Below are positions 58,938 through 64,000 of a DNA stretch of 64,000 bases, piece after piece. The position numbers were made by a program, and so were the translations under genes. Origin of the DNA: an uncultured Alphaproteobacteria bacterium. GTDB taxonomy: Bacteria > Pseudomonadota > Alphaproteobacteria > Rhodobacterales > Rhodobacteraceae. The stretch lies in the NCBI GenBank assembly GCA_963776705.1, contig CAVZOA010000039.1, positions 2,058-66,057 on the forward strand, in the 5' to 3' direction. Each line of letters begins with the position of its first letter. The stretch's first letter is position 1. The notes below the pieces were generated by a model. That model worked only from the letters and a program-made list of their open reading frames with translations, was not told where the DNA came from and did no database searches.

Positions 58938-60125
58938 TCGGTTCCGTAGCGGCGGATCCATTTCTCCTCGACCGCGTGCGACCAGCTGGCATGGGGTTCG
59001 GGCAGGACCTCGCCGAGCTCACCGGGCGACAGGGTGGCGACGCCGAGGTCGAGCTCGGCGAAGGCCCGGCGCTGCTCCTCGTCGAGCGCCTGCATGTCGA
59101 GAACGGTGCCGTAGCCCAGCATGTCCGGATCCTGGGCGTGAATCTGCACCTCCGGGTCGAGAAGCGCGTTCGCCACGACCATCGCCCCGGCCTTGGAGCC
59201 GGAATTGTAGGGGATCGCGACGAAGCTCGCGTTCCCGATCGTGCCGATCCCGGGCACGAAGGTGCGGACCGTGTCGGGGAGCTGGAAATTCGCGATGGCG
59301 GTCGAGGCCTCGGACGGCGAGAGGCTCGGCGCGATGTCGATCTCCTCGTCGGTGATGAGCTGGAACTGAGCCGGGCCGGAGGCGGGATAGGCGCGACCCG
59401 AACGCCAGAGGGTCGGAGTTCAGCGCATCCAGGTACTCCCAGAGCGGCGCGGTCACCGCGTCGAACCGATCCTCCTCAAGGGGCTCCTGCAGGACGGACG
59501 GATCCTCGACGAGGATCGCGAGCGCCTGCTTGAGGAAGGTAGTGCCGAGGAAGTCGGGCGGCTGGGGGAAGGTGAACCGGCCCGGATGCTCGGCCGCCCA
59601 GTCCTTCAGCTCCGCCATCGTCGCGACGGGCTCGGCATCGGCGCTGTCGTACATGAAGACGAACTGCGCCTTCGCCCAAGGGCTTTCCATGCCTTCGACC
59701 GGGGTTCCGAAATCGCTGGTGATGATCGGATCGTCGGCCACGAGATCGTGGTTCGGCAGCTCGGTGGCGAAGGGTCCGAAGAGGAGGTCGGCCTCCTTCA
59801 TCGAGACGAAGTTCTCGCCGTTGATCCAGACGAGATCCACTGCCCCGTCGTCATCAGTGCCGGACTGCTTCTCGCTCAGCACGCGGGTGACGGCATCGGC
59901 GGTGTCGGTCAGCTTCACGTGTTCGAGCGTCACGCCGTATTCCGCCTCCACCCGGTCGCCGAGCCAGTCGATGAATTGATTGGTGGCCGATGACCCACCC
60001 CAGGCGTGCCAGTAGACGGTCTGGCCCTCTGCCTCCGCGAGGACCGTCTCCCAGTCGGCGGGGTCGGGGGCGGCGAGCGCCGCGGCCGGCAGCGCCAGGG
60101 CGGCGAGGAGGGCGAGCGATTTCAT
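58934..60125 (-). CDS. ABC transporter substrate-binding protein (YnjB-like; frameshift near 59418)
   Basis: Signal peptide, GQTVYWHAWGG, VDLVWINGENF, PPDFLGTTFLKQ, GTIGNASFVAIP, LPEPHASW. Confidence 0.85.
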
Positions 60126-60745
60126 GGACGTCCTTTCGGCTCGGAGAAAATCCGGCGCGCGGCGATCACCCTCAGCGTGCCGGTCAGGAGGCAGAGAAAC
60201 GCGAAGATCAGCGCGAGCGCTGGGAATGCAGTGGGGAAGAGGCACAGGAGCACGAAGAAGAGGATCGTCTCCGTGCCCTCGAGGAGCCCGTTCGAGAAGT
60301 AGAGCGTCTTCTCTCCTTGTGCTGCGGTCGACATTTGCCGTCGCTCGGCGAGGATCGCGAAGCCGAGGAAGGTGGTGCCGTTGTAGTAGAAGCTGGCGAG
60401 CAGCAGCGCGCCGGCCACAGCGTTGCGCTCCGGGTCAGCCAGCACGAAGGCAAGGGGGACGGCGCCATAGAAGAGAAAGTCGGCGGCGATGTCGAGATAA
60501 CCGCCGAAATCGGTCTTCCTCGTGGCGCGGGCGACGGCGCCGTCGAGGCCGTCGGCGAGACGGGAGAGAACGACGAATACGAGACCGGGCCCGTACAGGC
60601 CGGCGGCGATGAGCGCCGCGGCCACGAGGCCGATCCCAAGGCCGAGAAGCGTGATCGCGTCGGCGCCGAGACCCAGCCTCGCGACGATCCGGCCCAGCCG
60701 GTTGAGCGGCGGGTCGATCAGGCGGCGCGCTGCGGGATCGAGCAA
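60122..60745 (-). CDS. CDP-alcohol phosphatidyltransferase family protein (YnjF-like)
   Basis: DGLDGAVAR...GGYLDIAAD signature; GLLEGTETI; RBS GGAGGA before TTG. Confidence 0.9.
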   Translation of the reverse strand: MLDPAARRLIDPPLNRLGRIVARLGLGADAITLLGLGIGLVAAALIAAGLYGPGLVFVVLSRLADGLDGAVARATRKTDFGGYLDIAADFLFYGAVPLAFVLADPERNAVAGALLLASFYYNGTTFLGFAILAERRQMSTAAQGEKTLYFSNGLLEGTETILFFVLLCLFPTAFPALALIFAFLCLLTGTLRVIAARRIFSEPKGRP

Positions 60746-60830
60746 GGAAGATCCTCCGGTCGGAGTCCTTCTCGCCCAATCGCTTCGGGCCCGCAATCGG
60801 ACTGTCGGTGTTGTGAAACGGGTCCGCGCC

Positions 60831-61166
60831 TCAGGCTCGGCGCTCGAGCCGCCTCTGGCCGCCTTCGAGGGCGACAGTCCGCCCCTCGGCAGAATAGGTC
60901 TGCGTCCGCACCCCGCCGAGGATGCCCTTGAGGCGGGTCTGCGCCGCCTCCGCGCCGGCCCGCGCCGCCTCGAGGAGGGGCAGGTTGCGCTCGGCCCTCT
61001 GGCGGATCTTCCCGAGGAGCTCGGCCGGCCCGCCTTCGCGCTCGATCCGGTCGGCGAGATCGGACTTGCGGGCGGCGAGCGCGGCCGCCTCGCCGGCGGC
61101 GCCTTGCGTCAGGAGGTCCCGCTCGCGATCGAGTAAGCGGAGAAGATCACGCGCCGCTCTGGTCAT
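60831..61166 (-). CDS. FlgN-like flagellar chaperone
   Basis: LLDRERDLL...RNLPLLEAARAG...TYSAEG; downstream of flgJ. Confidence 0.65.
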   Translation of the reverse strand: MTRAARDLLRLLDRERDLLTQGAAGEAAALAARKSDLADRIEREGGPAELLGKIRQRAERNLPLLEAARAGAEAAQTRLKGILGGVRTQTYSAEGRTVALEGGQRRLERRA

Positions 61167-61425
61167 CGTCCATCCTCGCCATGTACTTGAAAAGATGCTC
61201 GGCCAGGCCGATCCCGCCGCCCTCGACCATCATCCGGGCCTGCTGGTCGCGCATCATGGAGGAGAACTGGTCCTCCCCCGTGCCGCCGCCGAACGGGCCT
61301 TTGATGGCGCCGAGACCGGCGCTTTTCAGCATCTCGGAGAGGAACGAGGCCTCGAGTTTCCGGGCGGCGTCCTTCATCGCGGTCTGGCGCGGCGTCAGGA
61401 CGGACATGGTCTCAGAGATCTGCAT
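61147..61425 (-). CDS. flgJ: Single-domain rod-binding protein (FlgJ)
   Basis: LEASFLSEMLKSAG, FGGGTGEDQFSSM, GGIGLAE. Confidence 0.85.
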   Translation of the reverse strand: MQISETMSVLTPRQTAMKDAARKLEASFLSEMLKSAGLGAIKGPFGGGTGEDQFSSMMRDQQARMMVEGGGIGLAEHLFKYMARMDDDQSGA

Positions 61426-61461
61426 GCGATCCTCCTTTGGCGCCGACATTCCGCGATTCCC

Positions 61462-61476
61462 GTAAAGAATTGGTAA
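61462..61476. promoter_or_regulatory. Degenerate CtrA-like box in the flgJ/fliK divergent promoter
   Basis: GTAAAGAATTGGTAA (TTAC-N7-TTAC on the minus strand). Confidence 0.45.
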
Positions 61477-61526
61477 GCCTTGACTGCTTTCCTGCCAAGT
61501 GACCGCAAGCCCGGAGAATCGCGACG

Positions 61527-62960
61527 ATGTCCATCCCCGCCCTGGCTCCCCCCCAGGAGGCTCAGCGCCCTGCCCAGGGCGCGCCCTGCTCCCGAGACCC
61601 CGAATCGGGCGGCCGGTTCGAGGAGGTCCTCGACGGAGAGCGCGAGGGCCGGAACGCGGGTTCCAATGCGGGATCTGCCGCAGGAGAGCTCGTGGCCAGA
61701 CAGGCCGAGGATACCACGGAGACCGGGAAGGCCGAGGGGGAAAGCGCGGAGTGGGGCGCCGAGCCGATCGACTTCGCGTGCGAGCCCGAGGACTCGGAAG
61801 GTAGACCGGAGGTCGAGAAGGAGCCTGGCGCTCCGGGTCCGGCCGGGGAGCCCGCTGCCGGGGCCGCGCCTTCGGACGGCTCCGGTGAGAGCGACTGGGA
61901 TGCGGCGGTGACCAGGGCGCTCGCCCAGGTCCGCGATTCATCCGGTTCCGACGGATTGGGGAACGGAGGTACGGCCGAGGTGCCTGCCGATCCGGATACG
62001 ACCGTCGCGGCGGTGCGTCCGACGGCGGGCGAGACGGCCGCAACCGCCACATTGACGGAACCGGGTCAGGTCCCTTCTCTGCAGGCCGAGACGACAGTCA
62101 AGGTGACCGTGACGCCGCCTTCCGAGGACGTTGCGGAGCAGAAGGGGGCGGATGGCGCCATGCCGGCGGTTCGGGTCGAAGGTGTCGCCTCGGCCGGCGA
62201 GACGACCGCCAAGGTCGAGACGGCGGCCCATGCGGCAGCGATGGCGGCAGGTGCGCCGGCCGGAGGCGAGCGCGAGATTTCACCACGGGAGGCACGCATC
62301 GGTTCTTCGCAGGAGACGGCGGCGTGGCGAACCGATTCGCCAGACAGGCCGACGCTGTCCACCGCCACCGCCACGGCCGATCAGGCCGGCCTGCAGCAGA
62401 CCCGATCGGCCGCCGCCGGCTTCCTTCAGCAGGCCGGAGCGGAGCCGCTGCCGGACCTGCAGCGTGCCGAGGGCGACGGGCCGGTGCCGCAGCACGGCGG
62501 TGCCCAGGCGCCAAACGCGACTCCGGCCGACGCCATCGCGCGGAGCGCCGCGCCCGCGGCACAGGCCCCGACCGCCACGCCGCTCCGCCAGGTGGCCGAT
62601 GCCGTCGTCACCGCCAGGGGCGACCAGATCGAGATCGCGCTTTCGCCCGAGGAACTCGGGAAGGTGCGAATCACCATCTCCCATTCGGACATGGGCCTCT
62701 TCCTCAACCTGTCGGCGGACAGGCAGGAGACGCTGGGCCTCCTGCGTCGGCACGCCGAGGAGCTGTCCAAGTCGCTTGCCGAGATGGGTCTCGGCTCGGC
62801 CGATATCGGCTTCTCCGACGATCGCACGCCCCGTGACGGGAGCGCCGGGCGCTCCGGCTTCGCCGCCGGCGGAGAGACGGCCGCGCCCCTCGCAATCCCG
62901 ATTGCCCGACCGGAATCTCTCCGCGCCGCCATGGATGGCCGCATGGATTTGAGACTATAG
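61527..62960 (+). CDS. fliK: Flagellar hook-length control protein FliK
   Basis: Long low-complexity N-terminus; C-terminal IALSPEELGKVRI...LLRRH...MDLRL. Confidence 0.88.
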   Translation: MSIPALAPPQEAQRPAQGAPCSRDPESGGRFEEVLDGEREGRNAGSNAGSAAGELVARQAEDTTETGKAEGESAEWGAEPIDFACEPEDSEGRPEVEKEPGAPGPAGEPAAGAAPSDGSGESDWDAAVTRALAQVRDSSGSDGLGNGGTAEVPADPDTTVAAVRPTAGETAATATLTEPGQVPSLQAETTVKVTVTPPSEDVAEQKGADGAMPAVRVEGVASAGETTAKVETAAHAAAMAAGAPAGGEREISPREARIGSSQETAAWRTDSPDRPTLSTATATADQAGLQQTRSAAAGFLQQAGAEPLPDLQRAEGDGPVPQHGGAQAPNATPADAIARSAAPAAQAPTATPLRQVADAVVTARGDQIEIALSPEELGKVRITISHSDMGLFLNLSADRQETLGLLRRHAEELSKSLAEMGLGSADIGFSDDRTPRDGSAGRSGFAAGGETAAPLAIPIARPESLRAAMDGRMDLRL

Positions 62961-62969
62961 GAGCCGACC

Positions 62970-63653
62970 ATGGATATCACGCAACCCGCGCAGAACGTCG
63001 CCGCCCCGTCGAGCCTCGGCTCGTCTTCGGGGACCACCTCGGCCGGAGAAGCCGGGACGACGCAGATCAGTTCCGATTTCAAGACCTTCCTGAAGCTGCT
63101 CACGACGCAGATCAGGAACCAGGACCCGATGGACCCGATGAAGTCGGAGGAGTTCGCGGTCCAGCTCGCTACGTTCTCGAATGTCGAGCAGCAGGTGAAG
63201 ACCAACGAACTCCTGGCCAAGATGGCCGGCGTCGGCGCGGGGGGGCTATCATCGGCGAGCGGCTGGATCGGGCGGGAGGTCCGGGCGAGCGGTGCGCTGC
63301 AATTCGACGGGCGGTCGATCTCGCTGGCGCCTGAGCGGGCCGCGGCCGGGAATCGCCACCAGCTCGTGGTCGCCGACCGCGCCGGGCGCGAGGTCGATCG
63401 CCGGATCGTCGACGGGCAGGGCACCGCCTTCGTCTATGACGGGCAGCGCGGGGACGGCTCGGCCCTGCCGAAGGGGACCTACCGCTTCAGGATGGAGAGC
63501 TTCGAGGACGGCGACCTCGTGGCCTCGACGCCGGTCGCCGGCTATGCCCGCGTTGTCGAGGTCCGCTCCGGTGCAACCGAGCCCGACATCGTGCTGGCCG
63601 GGGGGCAGAGCGTGCCCATGTCGGAGGTCACGGCGGTGCGCGAGGCCGGCTGA
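62970..63653 (+). CDS. flgD: Flagellar hook capping protein FlgD
   Basis: FLKLLTTQIRNQDPMDPM, QLATFSNVEQ. Confidence 0.94.
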   Translation: MDITQPAQNVAAPSSLGSSSGTTSAGEAGTTQISSDFKTFLKLLTTQIRNQDPMDPMKSEEFAVQLATFSNVEQQVKTNELLAKMAGVGAGGLSSASGWIGREVRASGALQFDGRSISLAPERAAAGNRHQLVVADRAGREVDRRIVDGQGTAFVYDGQRGDGSALPKGTYRFRMESFEDGDLVASTPVAGYARVVEVRSGATEPDIVLAGGQSVPMSEVTAVREAG

Positions 63654-63658
63654 CGCCG

Positions 63659-64000
63659 CTACATGGCGACGACGACGAGCACCACCGCCGTCGCCGCCGC
63701 GGCGCCGAGGGCGCCGGCGACGATCGGCCTGAGCCAGTCGGTGGCGGTGTCAGATATCTCGTCGCGCGCCTCCTCGATCAGCCGGTTCTCGGCTATCTGG
63801 GGCAGGCGCGGACCGAATCGCGCGAGAATTCTCAGGGTCTGCGCAAGATCGCGCAGGATCGCCTTCGGACCGATATTTTCCTTGATGTAGTCCTCGACGA
63901 TTGGCTGGGCGACCTGCCAGATGTTTATCTGCGGATGGAGCGAGCGAGAAACCCCCTCGACCACGACCATGGTGCGCTGCAGAAGGATCAGCTCGGTCCG
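63659..64000 (-). CDS. ubiB: Ubiquinone biosynthesis kinase-like protein UbiB, 3' part only
   Basis: ELILLQRTMVVVEGVSRSLHPQINIWQVAQP; open to the window edge. Confidence 0.85.
   Translation of the reverse strand, partial: RTELILLQRTMVVVEGVSRSLHPQINIWQVAQPIVEDYIKENIGPKAILRDLAQTLRILARFGPRLPQIAENRLIEEARDEISDTATDWLRPIVAGALGAAAATAVVLVVVAM

Overview
High-GC alphaproteobacterial chromosome segment, Rhodobacteraceae/Roseobacteraceae-like by gene content and order. In order: (1) 1-1.3 kb, an IS21 end nested inside a broken IS701; (2) 1.3-13 kb, a housekeeping block (SDR, DUF2125, PmbA/TldD, CysQ-like, DUF2270, DUF4170, KdtA-like, lpxK, DsbA, DUF721/DciA, mutY, NADP-oxidoreductase); (3) 13.1-31.7 kb, half of an anoxygenic photosynthesis gene cluster (ppsR, ppaA/aerR, bchFNBHLM, lhaA, puhABC, hyp, acsF, puhE, hemA, cycA), with no puf, crt, bchCXYZ, bchG or bchP in the window; (4) an exported ankyrin protein plus a Tat-exported transglutaminase-like protein; (5) 33.5-63.7 kb, a fla1-type flagellar cluster lacking motB/flgE/flgK/flgL/flgI here, interrupted by two small orphan genes, an IS630 and a YnjF-YnjBCD-like operon; (6) the 3' end of ubiB. 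The photosynthesis genes carry dozens of single-base frameshifts, and I saw no nonsense codons in the corrected frames. This is most consistent with long-read consensus error, but it is strongly concentrated in 16-31 kb. All product calls come from motif recognition and recalled synteny; no database searches were run.
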